A stretch of 64,000 nucleotides of DNA from Marsupella aquatica (lineage: Eukaryota > Plantae > Marchantiophyta): assembly GCA_973895155.1 (NCBI GenBank), contig OZ316893.1, forward strand, positions 806,860 to 870,859. Direction: 5' to 3'. The notes beneath the pieces were generated by a model. It was not told the origin of the DNA. It saw nothing but the letters and a program-made list of their open reading frames with translations, and made no database searches. The position numbers and the translations under genes were made by a program. This document shows positions 1 through 13,796 of the stretch, piece by piece. Numbering within the stretch: position 1 is the first letter of the stretch; every line of letters starts with the position of its first letter.

Positions 1-376
1 CAATCACATTCACAATGTCAAAGGAATTTCGCACACGCAAAGCCGCAGCGTCATTCACATTCCTCGATGGACGCCCTGCAAGCTGCACAATCACATTCAC
101 AATGTCGAAGGAATTTTGCAAACACAAAGCCGCAGTGTCACAAGCAGCGTTGAACTGCGAGGCCGAACAAAGTGTAACCTAAACTCATCAAAATGTATCC
201 TAAACGCCTCACGTAACCCAGCTGTAGTCAACTTCCGGTTGCTATAACGGTAAGATGACCGGCTGGGTTATTGACGGTCACCAATTTTGGGCACCAACTA
301 TTTTGCGGTCAGAGTCCTCCCCGCGAATTCCCGGCAGCTGAAAAGTTCCGCGGGACACCTAGTTTGAGACGCCCTA
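1..376. mobile_element. Right part of a non-autonomous TIR element (same terminus as the MITE at 62711-62995)
   Basis: Ends in TGAGACGCCCTA (365-376), identical to the right TIR at 62984-62995; CAATCACATTCACAATGTC is repeated at 1 and 88. Left end lies outside the window. Confidence 0.5.
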
Positions 377-3300
377 ATAGTATCAATGTCTTCTGTTTTG
401 TAAACTTTTTTACATGCATCCTCGGAAACAATTGATCCCACATTTTGGAGATTTTGCTTGCAGTTCACTAGGTTTTTTCAAGGTCTTCACAAGCTTCACA
501 CTGTCATTCAGGTCCCACTCTGAAGGTGAGGCATTACTTCAACAGCAGTTCAATGCAATGGGTGCACAGGGAGGCCTCCTATGAGAGCTAATGGGCATAG
601 GGGTCAATGTGGAGTTACTAGTCTGGCCCAAGGTATTGAAAAGCACCTATTGTGATCAGATTGTTCATAGTAATGAGATCTTGAGGTGGGGCAGACCACC
701 ATGGCAACAACTTAGGATATCAACTCAGGAAATTTTTACTGTCTGGGATATTAATGTACTCCGCAAAAGTCTGAAAATGTGCAATCCTCATGTGTAATGT
801 TGGAAAGCTCAATGAAGGCAAATTATTGCATGCAACTCTATTTCTTGGTATGAGTCAATTTTTTTGCTCTTTAGATCCAATGATCCATCTCTAAGTTGGT
901 AACTGTTGATTTGAAGACAGCCTGAATATTGTCTCCCCAAATGGTCCACTCGGGGGTCCACTTTAAACTTTTTATCCCCGCCTGAACGGGATCTGTGATA
1001 AAAAAAAGTTGACTAATCCAAGCCAAACGATTGTGTTAAGTGTCACGTGAAGATAACATTCTTCCACATAGGTAAACTTTTGGCCAGTTATCAACAAGTT
1101 GTGAAATTGTTCTTGATCAAGAAGTCTATGAGTCAAATAATTGTACTAGGCATTATGTAAGTTCAACATCCATCTTGCGGACCATCTTGTCTACTAAAAA
1201 GGTCCATTGGCCATTTACCCCTACTTGAAATGGTTCTGTGATGATTTTGCAGAGATGAACAGGTTTTGTTATCAAGTAAAGTAAGCCCCAAATTACCCAA
1301 AAATTTCACATGAGGATTGCACATTTTCAAATCTCTAGAAGAACAGCTAACACAAAAGTTTCAGGGGGTCTAAAATATAACAAAACTTTTAAGGGGGGTT
1401 CAAAGTGTAACAATTTTTTTATGGGTGTCCATCAAGTACAAATTTTCAGCTAAGGGGTCCACCAAGTCTATGCCTCTAAAAAGACCACAAGGACATAAAG
1501 TTGAATGAGTAGTTATTATTAATGAGGAATAATTATTGTGGTGTTAATGGGGGTGTTACCTGGTTCTCCTAGAGGCTACTTTGTTTTATTGAGAAACTTG
1601 TTGTATATGTTTGTTTCAATTTGCCTTAGACAGGGTCTGGACAAGGTGCTTCTTTCGTATTGTTGGATATTGAAATTGTTTTTGCACCCCTCTCATTGTT
1701 CTTATATATTTTTCTTCCTCCAAGACCCCCTCTTTAGGTTTATATTTATTTTTCAATCTTTGCCATCCCTTGTTAGAGTATGTTATTTTCTTCCTTAAAT
1801 TTCAAGTAACATGTAATTGACATTTCATACATGAGGGATTACTAAGCCGTTAAGCTATCTCTTCACAGGATCGTGAAAAATAAAGGTTTAAAGAAAATGT
1901 CATCCCACCAAGTGAGGCATGGGTGTGTGGTAGCTCACTTGAGTGTAGACTCATAATTCAAATGTTGTATCTGACGACTCCCTTTCTGTTGGATTTCCCT
2001 TTCAATATATAAAAAAATGTCATCCCCTCCCCTTTTACCTACTCCTCACAGTTAGTTTAAGAAGTTTATGGTTTTGAGTGACTTACGTGTCACTAACTAA
2101 AGTCATAATGAAAGAAACATGAAAGGCCCACCACATTTTGAAAGTGATTCACAATCTTTGAGAAGCTAAACAGTTGTCTATTAGAAAAATGACATGTGGG
2201 TAGGGCTTCAAAAGTGGAGCCAACACTTTGAAAGTCCATGAGCACCTAGGGAGGACATAGGTGCCAAGTCACCAAAAACTAATTTATTCTTGCTTTAAGG
2301 TGGTTCATAAAAAATTAATTTCAACTCTAAAAAGTAATGATTAATTATTCTATATAACATCATACTCTCTTTGAGCTGGAAGCACTACATTCTTTTGGGG
2401 GATCCTCACACCTTTATTTATCTTAAAAGAAATTGGTTTGCTGGATTATCTAGATATTATAGTCCTAAAACGTTTTTTAATACCATTTGGGGAAGGTTGC
2501 TTGAAGTTGGAGCAACCTTATTTAGACAAGTCTGAATCTCTTTTAGTTGGTGGTCCTATCCCTCTTCCGATTCTCACGAGTTGATCTTGGTTTCTAGTTG
2601 AGATTTTAGGATGCAGACTTGTCATAAAACCCCGGCTAGTTTTGAAAGAAAAGGCACTTAGGCCATGGCATAACAACCCTGCTTTTTGGATTATTCCTAT
2701 GTATATCACATTGCCAGGCTTTTCAATTTGGTGTTCAGAAGGAGTTAGTTCTTTAGGGGCTGTTGGGGAGTAACTGGCTTTTGGCAATTGGGCTTTCAAT
2801 ATTATTGAATTTCCTTTGTTTCCTCCCATTTTATGAAACACGAAAAAAAATCAATCGATCCGGGATTTTGTGCATTGGCTGTCTGATACATTTCAGTTTA
2901 TACCACCAGCTTGGGGTGCGTGTGTTTCTCCCCTTTATTGGGTCTCCGTAAACCATGTGAAAGAGATAAAATATCATCTGGATAAGCTCTCATAATTTTT
3001 TTTGTTTGCCACGTAAAACATCTGCAGTAGATTTGTATGGCAATTGGCCCACCCAAAGTACTAGTGACTTAAAGGGACTTTTTTGTTTGCCACACACACT
3101 CCAATACTCCCCAGCACCTAGCTAGTGCAACCTCAGACCTATTGGCCCAAAGTCCCAATCCCATGCCCACCTGAGTTACACCACCATGCCCCACTTAACT
3201 ATTTAAAGAAAGTGAAACTTCAAAGCGTGCTGGTGACTTAAAGATACATATAGGCCATCCATGCGAGATTTATCAATGTTTAGAGGAACTTCCTTTCTAT

Positions 3301-6300
3301 GAATCCGTTCATGACAGCTCACCATAACTCTGTGGCTGAAAAAGTATCCAAAATGAACAAAAACCATCTATATCCAACCGCCTGCAATTACGTTGGTCTT
3401 CTGCAGTACCTACTCTAGACATCAGTTACCGACAAGGAGCTACAGTAGGCTTTTTGTGTTTTTTCAAAATTTCCAATTTTTGCTTTTTTGAAATTGCAGC
3501 CCAGATGGACCTTCAAGTTTGCCAAAACGTTTGGATCTACCATAGTAACCAGGATGGACTGGAGAAAACCCTCTTTTCTACTCAAATATGATACATGTTA
3601 CACCAATGAGTGAAATGGACAAGAAAATGAGTGTAACATGTATCATAAAACTCTCAATTCTCAATGACCTTTGAGGATATTAGGCTCACATGATTGATCT
3701 TCCCAACCCGCCTCCAACAAAACAAACATAGCCAATTCCTTTGGATATCAATGGCGATGTTGACAAGTCAAAGTTTGCTGTTAAAACCAATTGAAGGTGT
3801 AAAGGGTGTCAACAATTGAAGGTGTAAAGGGTGTCGTTGCATGGTTCGTGCTTGGACTTCTCTTTTTAATTTATTTTATTTTAACTTGAGTTTTTGGGTT
3901 TGTGTTTCTATGGATATATTTTCACTGTTTTGTTATTGGCGGTTATGCTATTATGATGAGTAACATAACATGGTGTAGGAATAATCCCTTTGGACCTCCC
4001 TCACATTGCATTCTGTCGTGTTATGTTTATAAAATTGATTTTCAAAGGCAGAAAGATGAAGTATGGTCTCATTAGCTTAGCACCAAAGCTAAGATTTGGG
4101 GAAATCTTACCAGGGTCTACAGATTTGGGGTCACTCTAGGGGTGATGACAATCACTTCACTATCTGGCCCCACAATGCAGAAACACGGAAAATTTATGTC
4201 TTTATTTAAGTCACAATGCTGAGACATTTACAAAGTGGGGCCGGTATGTGAAAAACGCAGGCTGCCAACTTCCTGGATTACTTGGTGCTGCTCCAATGAA
4301 AGGCAAACTTCCAAAGTTCTTGTAACCCAGGCTACTGCAGTTCTGGGCCAGACCACAGCCCTCTCTCCCAAAAGGATGTTGGGGGAGGGTTTGATTGAGG
4401 GATTGGCCAACATGAAACAAAGGCTGGGAAGACAGGTTGGGAGAGTGTATGGACGAGAGTTGGGAGGAATTAACGGACATAGCCAGGCCTTTAAATTTTG
4501 ATCAAGAAATTGAAATTGTGCAAGCGGATGAGGTTATTGAGGTGGAGCAACTCGGGAGAGTGCAAGTAGAAGACACAATTGAGGTGGGGATAGACTGATT
4601 GATCGGGGAGAGCTGGATCAAGGTTAGATGACAGCAAGATGAAGTTGAGCGAGTTGGGGAGAGGACATCAATTCATTATGTGTTTAGTGTGTTCACGGTC
4701 ACCTAGTAAAGATTTTTACTTGGTCAGTTTACAGGTATGATTCTGTGCGTGGTCTTTAAACGTTTCACTCCAACAGTATTCCCTCATTGCTAACTGGCGG
4801 TTGGAACTATCTGTGGGGTTCATACGAGTGTGGTCCAAGTTAGCCTTGTGTTGGAAAGTGAATTGTTTTGGGTATGGTGACAAAAAACATATTTGAACTC
4901 AAACACAATGTCTTATTAACACAACGCCTGGGTGTTGTGTTTGAGTTTGACCCTACAGTATTCTTTGTTTGAGCACAAACAGTACAACCTTCATGAATCA
5001 TATGACAATGTCAATATTCTAACGCAAATCACATTTTTGAACACAATGCTCTGCAAGTACAAGAATTGAAACACACAGTCAAAACTCAAATACAACCCCA
5101 CCAGCGCACTATACAAATATGGGGTGTTCTATTCAAATACAAGGTCATGGTATTGTGATTGATGTAAGACAACAGCAGTTGGTTTCAATGGCAAATGTGG
5201 AGGTAGATTGGGCAACTTGCAATGTTGAACCCCTCTTCACTTGGCAATGCAGGGTACTGCTGAGGCACCAACCCAGCAAAAATTGATCAATATTGGGAGG
5301 CATATGGGATACTGGGTTGAAACCCATCACCACTGGAGATGCCCTACGAACAATCATAGCCAAACTACAGGGGATACATTCCATCGCTGTTTGCTTCTCT
5401 CTGCTTCCCAAGACAGGGTTTACTCATCCAGTTATTGCGATGTGGTGCACAGTTGTGCCCGGAAGTGCTATTTTTAAGAAGTGCTGATTGAACTGTAGCA
5501 TTTTGCCTTATTTTGTAGTCATTCCAAAACAATTTCAATCCTTGCACTAAGTGATGATTACTAGAAATCCCACACATTATTATTCTGAGTGATTGCTAGA
5601 ATCCCTACACATTGCAATTATCAAGGAGGGCAACAGTGAATGGATTTAACGAGCATTACAGCTCCTTGGTAAGTGCAATGGTTGCAGGTACTCTCAAGGG
5701 CTGGGGACGACTGTATGGGGTTACGGTTCCATGCACTGTATAGCCCTTGGGGTGATTGCATCCTGATCCACTCCCTCAAGAAGGAAGGGGGGGGGGGGGC
5801 GCAATAGCTTCCATGACATTGCCCACATCAGATAATTTGACAAGGCTGCGACATGCACTTGTTGTTTTCATATAGCCCAATAGAAACTAAGTCTTACAAT
5901 AATCAATTGTAGAAGCAAGGGTTGTAGAAGCAAGGGTTAGGGGTACCCCTCTTGGACTGTATTACAATTATAACCCTTTGTACAAGGGGATCCATTGAAG
6001 CTAGCGACCTCAAATTTGTGGGAAGGGTACTACGGAACCGTGACCTGAGGAACTCATTGTTGAGACAATAACCTTTTCGCCAGATTATGGGATACAGTTG
6101 TTAACTAGTTCATATTGCGACACTCTCCTTGTTTGTGGTCTAACCCTCTATGGTTGGAAAGTTATCCTGTGAAACCTAAACATTGTGGGTTAAACTGTAG
6201 GGAGTCATCTGTACTGCGGTTAAGACTCCCTATTAGAGTGATCATATTCATGTTCATAAAATTAGTGTTGGTTGCTACCAGTGCTCAACTATAGAAACTA

Positions 6301-8186
6301 AATTGCTTAACCTAAGGTTTGGTGCCAACGGCAAAAGGAGTTTGAGGATGTTAAAAAAATAATGAGAATTTGAGTTTTCTAAAAAAGAAATGTAGCAAAA
6401 CGGAAATTTAGAAGAACTTGAGTGGCAAACTAGTGAAACTTCTTGTAAAGACGCTCAGATAGACCTGAAGTTGTCTACCTAAGTTTGTACGTCAAGCTGT
6501 AGTCAAGACTTGTCAAAGTTTTAACTTCATAGACGGCCGTCAAACATTCATTTAAGCTCAAAGACTCAAAGAGTACCATTTTCTATCTCATAATCATAAT
6601 CATTGTTTTATAGAGAGAAACATTTATTTTGTACTCTCATCAGGGCTTTCCCAAAGTGGAATAAAAGCTATGATTGACTCAAAGAACACACGCTGTAATT
6701 CTCCTTGTAAAAGCCAAACTTGCGGATCGCCTCGACGGAAGTTAGGGAATCTAACCCCATTTTCAAATTACTTCCGTAATTCCGTCGTGCCTCATTTGCG
6801 GGAAGTCAAAAAGGAGAGCTGACCGGCCTGCCTGACCGCCTTATCCCGTTCTGGGCAGTTGCTCGAGGCTTTTTTTTTGGCGTTTTCTTTGGTTTTTTGA
6901 GCGTACCGGTGACCGACGGACTAGGCAGGACCTATCTTCCAACCAAGTTGCCTCTGGAGTCGCGCCGGCCGGCTAGCACCGGAACCAGGGCCCAACAAGC
7001 GCAAAGCAGGCAGGCGGGAATGCGGGCCCGAGCAGGGCAGTCAGGTAGCCTGGTCGGGATAGTTGATCGCCGGGGTGGGGGCCCGGAAGTGGGCAGGCTG
7101 CGAAAAACGGGCCGCTACTACATGCCTGTACAAGTGTAAGGGGGGGCGTCTCAAATTTGAAGTGCCAGTGAAAACGATCTGAAGCCCGCAAATGTGAGTT
7201 ATGGAGGTTAAAGAAAATTACCAGGGCTAATAAGCAAGTTGGAGCAAGGTGTTAAAAGGTCTACTTTGCCCACAGCCCACGATAAAAGGTGGGGAAAAGT
7301 ATACAAACTTGCATAGAATTAGCTTCCCCATTGACCAACCCATCCCCTGCACAGATGGTCAAGGGCAAAGATCTAGCAAGGTCTGTTGCTGGACCCGTAA
7401 CAAGAAATGAGCCATGTGCAAAGAGCCTTATTTCCCTGCTAGACTTTGGATGCCTTGAGCAGAGTTGTAATGTGAGGGCGACCACCGTACTTTTCAACAG
7501 CAAAATCTAAACTGCAGATGTGGGATGGGGTTGCAGGATGGGGGCGAGCATGCGGGATAGACCCCAAAGCCACCCTGAAAGTGCAATGGACAGCCTTTTT
7601 TTAAGTGGCAAAGATCGTCAAATTCCAGCCTCCCCGAAAAGTCTTTTCTACCTTCGGCTTCAGTGAGGTCTTCAATGAGCTTCGCACCTGGCCCAACCCC
7701 ATTGGCAAGAATCTAACACTCATAGATTCAATATTAGATAAGGAATATTCTTTTGCATCTTCTCCTTCTCACGAGGTGATATGGCAAACATAAAAACCTT
7801 TAAAAAATTATCCATCGGCAAGAATCCGACGGTTCCCTTCAATCTCAGGAGATCTAGATCTAACAGTCATAGATTAATCTAGGAAGATTAGACAAGGAAC
7901 GTTCGTGGTACCTTCTGGTTCTCGCAAGGTGACATGGGCGAAAAAAGAAAACCCTTAAAAACATTACCCTGATGGAGCATCATTTTTGCAGGGTGACGAG
8001 CCGAGCAACAAATGGCAGGCAAAGAGCCCACCAGAGTTTCTGACTGGGCAGCGCTCCAGGTCTCCTACCCATGTGGGTTTTTGCCGTGAAGTGAAAGTTT
8101 GACACCCCCTAGGACAGGTACGCTCGAGAATCCGGGCAGCCGAGCAGCGAGCAAGCGTCCATCCCGTCCTCCTCCTCGGACGCGTA

Positions 8187-8350
8187 CAGTAGTAGTAGTA
8201 AGTAGTAAGTAGTAGTGTAAAGCAGAGCTGGCTGACTCGGCTGCCCGTATGGGGCCAGCGGCGTGCCCGGCCCCCCCAACCCCGTCCCCTGGCCTTCCGA
8301 CGGACGAAGGAGCAGCAGCAGTAGTAGCAGTAGTAGTAGTAGTGTAGTAG
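8187..8350 (+). repeat. (AGT)n/(AGC)n microsatellites upstream of the RRM gene
   Basis: Visible AGTAGT and AGCAGC runs; further GA, CTA and CCTCA runs continue to ~9800. Confidence 0.7.
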
Positions 8351-9979
8351 GTATGCGCAGACAGAGACGGAAAAAGAAAAGGGGATCGAGGAAAGTTGCG
8401 GATTGCGGATGGAGGAAAAGCAGAGAAAAGGAGAAATGGCGTGGGAGCGAGTGCAGTTTTGCAGCAGTGGGATGGGGGAGGAGTGCAACTGCGGCCGCGT
8501 GTCGGCTCGCACGCACGCGCTTGCGTTGGTGTTTGCCTTTCTTCCGTGTTGAACACATCCATTTCGGAATTTCATATTCAGCACAGTCGTACCCAGCCCA
8601 ACTCCAGGTGGCTGACTGGCCGGATGTGCTTGCGGGGGGTGACTTGCTGAGTGTGAGAAAGAGAGCGAGAGGGGGGAGTGCGAGCGCAAGCGGAGATTGA
8701 GAGAGAGACGTTCGTGACTGAGGTCTTGACGAAGTGGCGTGGATTGATGCAGTCAACTACTACTACGAATACTACTGTTTGTGTGTGATGTTGGGTGCGA
8801 TCTGATAACTCTCGTCTCTGCTACTACGACTACTACTAACTAGTTGGGTTGTGGGTGGGTGGGTTGGCTGGAGCTGTTCTCTGCTGCGTGCTGTGTGCGT
8901 TGCTTTCTGCCTGTCGTCTGTCGTTCTGTCTGTCACACCCCCCCCTCCTTTGGCTCGGCTGGGTGCCAGGCTGCCAGCTTGAACTTCGCTCCTTTCCTCC
9001 CGGAGTCCTCTTCTTTCCCACTACTATACTCTCCTGCTCACGGCCTGAGTGAGGCCTGCCTCCCTGCCTGCCTGCCTGCCCGCTGGCTGACTGTTCTGAA
9101 GAAGTCAGGTCAGGGTGCGCTCAACGGACAGACATACTACTGCTTCACCTCACCTCACCTCACCTCACCTCGGAACTACTTTTATTAGTACTGCTACTGC
9201 CTCCGCCCTTCGCTTTCGGAAGCGAGCTGGAGAGTGACGCAAGGAAGGAGGAAGAGCCACAGAGGCAGGCAGCTAGCCAGCCATCGTGCGGGCGGTGTGT
9301 AGTTGGTCGTATTTATCATCGATCGAGTGTAGGAAAGCGAGCGCGTAGGAACGATCGAGCAGTAACGGGACTCGGCTGGGCGTTTGTTTTGTGTTCTGCA
9401 GTGACCTCCGGCCGATTGCAGAACAGAACTTCGCAATTGGGTTTTCGGTGCGCATCGGAGATTACTGCCATCTTCTTCTCACACTTCTCCGTGGACGACA
9501 CCGCTGTGCAGTCAGTCGGTTCAGCAGCAGTGGCAGCAACAGAAGGATCAGGTTGTTTAGCGATAATTGTGAAGCATTGCACTTGTCCTTGCCTTCTGAA
9601 AACGACTCGTCGAGCAATTGTCCACTGCCAGGCACCAGCTGACGGTCCGAAAGGAAAGACACAAGGGGATAGTGAGAAACTTGTTGTGCTATGGCCGGAA
9701 CAGGTTGGTGGATGCCTTCGGCATCGACAGTGGGCGGAGCTTAGGTGAACTGGGGATCGAGGGAGGGACAGAGAGAGAGAGAAGCGCGCGAGAGAGAGAG
9801 ATTTAAGAGGAGTCTGGATTTGTCGGTATGCTAAGCAGGGTCCATGGAGGATCTGAAGTGGACGTGAATTGGAGCAGTTGTTGGAGCACTTGGTCCTGCT
9901 CTCGCAGGATTGTAATTCGAGAGACAGGGCAGAGGGATTAATACAAGGTTTGACGATCAATTAGGGAGCAGTGGGTGAA

Positions 9980-12900
9980 ATGGCAACGGGTGGAGTGGGC
10001 GGGGGAGGAGCTAGTGGTGGTGGTGGCGGACAGGGGGGTTACGGAGATACTACGTTCACCAAAGTCTTCGTCGGGGGCCTAGCATGGGAAACTCAGCGCG
10101 ACACCATGCGTCGGCACTTCGAGCAATTTGGGGACATTCTGGAGGCCGTCGTCATCACTGACAAGAACACTGGCCGTTCTAAAGGCTATGGCTTTGTGCG
10201 CTCCTCCTCCCCTCCCGTCCCCCCCCCCCCCCTTACGCTTATGCCGTCTTGTCTCTGCTCCGCATTACACTCTCACTATTTGTGGATGATGATGATGATA
10301 ATGATGATCTGGATTCACGCTGAAGTACAGAACCGAATTTTTTGTCAGTTGATGGATGGATGGATGAGCCAGCTGCCTGCTGCTAATGTTTGAACTTCTA
10401 TTGCAGCACTACCGAGATAGAGACCATGTTGGATGAATGGATTATTTCGTGATGGTATCCGGTTCGAACAGATTGCCGTCGCTCTTGGAAAGTCGGGCAT
10501 TCTTGTGTAGAGATCATGCATACCCATACCCTCCTGCTTTGGATGTCTATGGTCCTGCAGTTTAGGGATGAATTTCTGATCGCCTGGATGTTAAAGTTAC
10601 CAACCAGCAGTGAAAGAGCTGTGGACCACATCTCCGAGCTGGAATATTCATAGACGTTAAGGGAGGCAACTCCCCTTCCCCCAAGCAGAGAGTTGAGCCG
10701 GGATCCATATCCTTGATGTCAGGGTCTGGAAGTTGTCTCTACCTCAACCCCACCCTCCAAGCCTCTGCCCCTCTGGAGCCTGTGTCCAATGTATTTCTGC
10801 ACTGCCCCATCGTTTCGCCTGTTGTAAATTCTTAAACTGACGTCCTTTCGAACTCTCCTTTCCCATTGTCCCCGAAACCCGTGCGTCCTGTGATCATTCA
10901 TCCAGCATCCATCCATCCATCCGTCGTACGTAAATGTACCGTATTCCCCTTGTAAGCACCCCTGGTGCTCTGCAATGGATTCAAACTCAGGATCGCAGTT
11001 AATCTCTAGAAAACGTTGGAGGGTTACCCGTTGGATCGATGTCGTCCTTCCGGATACATTGTTGCCGCACTTCTGATTCTTCAATGCTTAGGGGACATCC
11101 TGGGTTTTTATGATGTTTGGTGCCAAGGGAACTCTCGGGAATATCAGATCAATTTTAGATAAGCAAGCAAGCACGCACTAGATTCAATGGAACTCATCCG
11201 TCCGTGCCTGCCTGGCTGCCTGGCTGCCTGGCTGCCACACGCCATGAAAAGAGCGAGAGTATAAAGTTGGTGGGATGGAGGATACATACGTACATCATGC
11301 CTGGCTGCTGCCTACCTGTTAGATTGAACCAGATTTTAAAACGGATGCAGGTGACATTCCGAGATGCAGAAGCAGCCCGTAGAGCTTGCTTGGATGCGAC
11401 GCCTATCATCGATGGAAGGCGTGCGAACTGCAACTTGGCATCGCTCGGCAACAACCGCAATCGGCCTCACAGCCAGCACGGTTGGTTTCCTCCCTCTCTT
11501 CATACTCTCTCCGTCTGCTCTGCTGCTTGCTGTACGTTGTACTCGTCATGGGTGAGTTCATTCGATTGTCGGAAGCGAAATGATGCGCCAAGGGATCCAC
11601 TTGGCATCGGTCAGGTCGTCGTAGCTGGAGTATGGCGGATGATTGTCTGGATTACTGTGTGAGGGAGTAGAGTTTCGTAACCCACTGAAGGAGTACTCTG
11701 AGCTGGGCATGACTTTGTGCTCAAAGTCTAGAGCAGAAGCTTCCTGAGTCTGCGTGTATTAGATACCATCCATCCCAAAGGTTCGTCAGGTTATTATCGT
11801 CCAGGTCAGGACTAGATTCGTCAAAGCAGTAACATTATCATGCGCAGAACGTAAGTACGATTACTTCCTTTTTATCGTTATCCATCGGATGTGTTTTGAG
11901 TTATCATGTCGACTATCGATCTGTCTATCCAGCAAGCTGGCTGCACACTGATTGGGAGACAGATCGACGGAGGGATAACTGTCTTGTACGAGGCTGCTGC
12001 TGGCCGAATCCTTGCTTCGTAAGAATTCATGGGGAAGCCTTGGTTTTTGGTCGGCTACATGAGTGGTTGGTCGGTCCTTATGTTCGTCCATGTGGGAAAC
12101 GTAGATTGATTCGTCGATACCGTACTATAGTTCTAGAAAAGGTGAGCGAAGTCCGTCGGATTATGCATTCATTCGTAGACAGCGTACACAATGGACTTAG
12201 GTCTGATGTATTTTTAGCTGCTGGTACAGCCACCAGCCGATCGATGGATGCCCACTTGCCTTGGGAGACAGCTATAAAAAATTACTCGCTCTATCAAGCT
12301 TGGTGCAGATGAGTGGTACATTTACTACTGCCTGCATTAAGGAAGGAGGGAAGCAAAGAATATTTGCCATGGATGGTAAAGTCACTAGTTGACCAAATCA
12401 AATGCTGGGTGGGCCGCGAGAAATGGAGTGGGAGAAGGCATTGCTGTGGACTGATGAGGATGAACTTTTCTTTTTCCAATTATCTAATGCGCTCAGGCAA
12501 CTTTGGTCGGCCAATGGCTCTCAATCCTGCAGGCCCTCAGGCGGGAGGGCCTGGGTACACCGGCGCTCCGAGCTTTCCTCAAACGTCACCCCCGTTCGCG
12601 GCTTATCCGCAGCAAGGATTCACGACGTACCCTCAATATGCTGGGTGAGTAACAGTCTGTGCCCCGACTTGCAATTCATGCGGATAGATCGGATGCTCTC
12701 CAGCTGTTTACGTTTGTTCGATATTTTTCCTCTGTTAAGCATGTTCTGATGCGTTGTCGAGAGCCCGCCCCTCCTTTTGTCGGCATGAGAACTTCCAGAG
12801 GTAAATCGCCGAATTGGCGAATGGTGGGGGCGTACACAAAGCTTGTCATTCTGTCTGTCATGCTGGACGATTTCTTACAAATGGAATTGTGTTTTGTTAC

Positions 12901-13796
12901 AGGTATCCGCAGTATCCACCGGACTATACGGGATTCTCTCAGGTAACTTGATTGATGCTTGTTCACCTGATGTCTTCGGATGCTTATCAAGATGGATGTG
13001 TTTGAATGAGCTATGTGTGCGTTACGCGATTTGTTGTCGGATTGCTCCCAGTAATTCATTCGGTTTCCAGCAGATCTAACATCAATTCAGTTTTGTCGAT
13101 GCTAGCTATTGTAAGATTCAATTTTTAGTGATTGTACTGAGTGGCTGGTAGCATAATAGGTGCCCTCGCCCGCTCTTACCTGTCATTTAATTTATTGCCG
13201 CAGAATATATATAGCCCCTACGGCGGTCCACAGTTTCCAGCTCAAGTGTATGGGCCAGGATCGATAGGAAATCCAGCAGCTACAGGACTATATCCGTACT
13301 CGGGATTCACTCAACCGCTTCAAGGAGGACCTGGCTACGCGGCTCCTCAAGCTTACACAGGTGTGCAGGGTGTCCAGGGGCCTTTGATGCAATATGGAAG
13401 TCCAGCTGGTGTGACACCCACCATAACTAGCATTGGCCAACAGTACCCTGGGGCTATTTCCCTACCCACTGCCTCGCCTCCTGCTGGTCAGTTTCAATTC
13501 GAATGCCAAGTTTGAGCTGTCTGTTGCAGTACGCAATGTCGTTGTTTGGTGTCTCAGTAAGCATGTAGAGGTAAGGGGCAATAAGTCCGGAGCTCCAGTC
13601 TGGTCTGGTTAGTTATAGGAGCTGGATTAAAGCAATCTGGGAATGGCAATTGTGATGATCGATGGCAGGAGTAGCGCCATCAATAGCAACAGCAGGAGTC
13701 GGAGGAGGTACCGGCCCTTCTGCACAATTCGGAGTTGCCACACCAGCTCAGCAACAATTCTCAGCGGGGGGCGTTCCAGAGCAGTCGTCAGGATGA
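9980..13796 (+). CDS. Single-RRM RNA-binding protein, RBM24/RBM38-like plant family; exons 9980-10195, 11351-11480, 12497-12644, 12903-12942, 13204-13486, 13669-13796
   Basis: [16 protein letters not shown] (RNP2), RSKGYGF|VTF (RNP1), [13 protein letters not shown], then a Pro/Tyr/Gly/Gln-rich tail. All five introns are GT-AG with consistent phases; TGA at 13794-13796. Confidence 0.93.

Noticed and set aside
380-960. Transposase remnants here and at ~25460-25820, ~34950-35380 and ~58750-59030
   Set aside because: Too decayed to show diagnostic motifs by eye; BLASTX would be needed.
3789-3835. Short tandem duplications here and at 49985-50064
   Set aside because: Ordinary local duplications with no further structure.
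7964-9960. Overlapping 145-241 aa ORFs on both strands
   Set aside because: Products of microsatellites and high GC (poly-S/L/T/Y); no recognisable domain.
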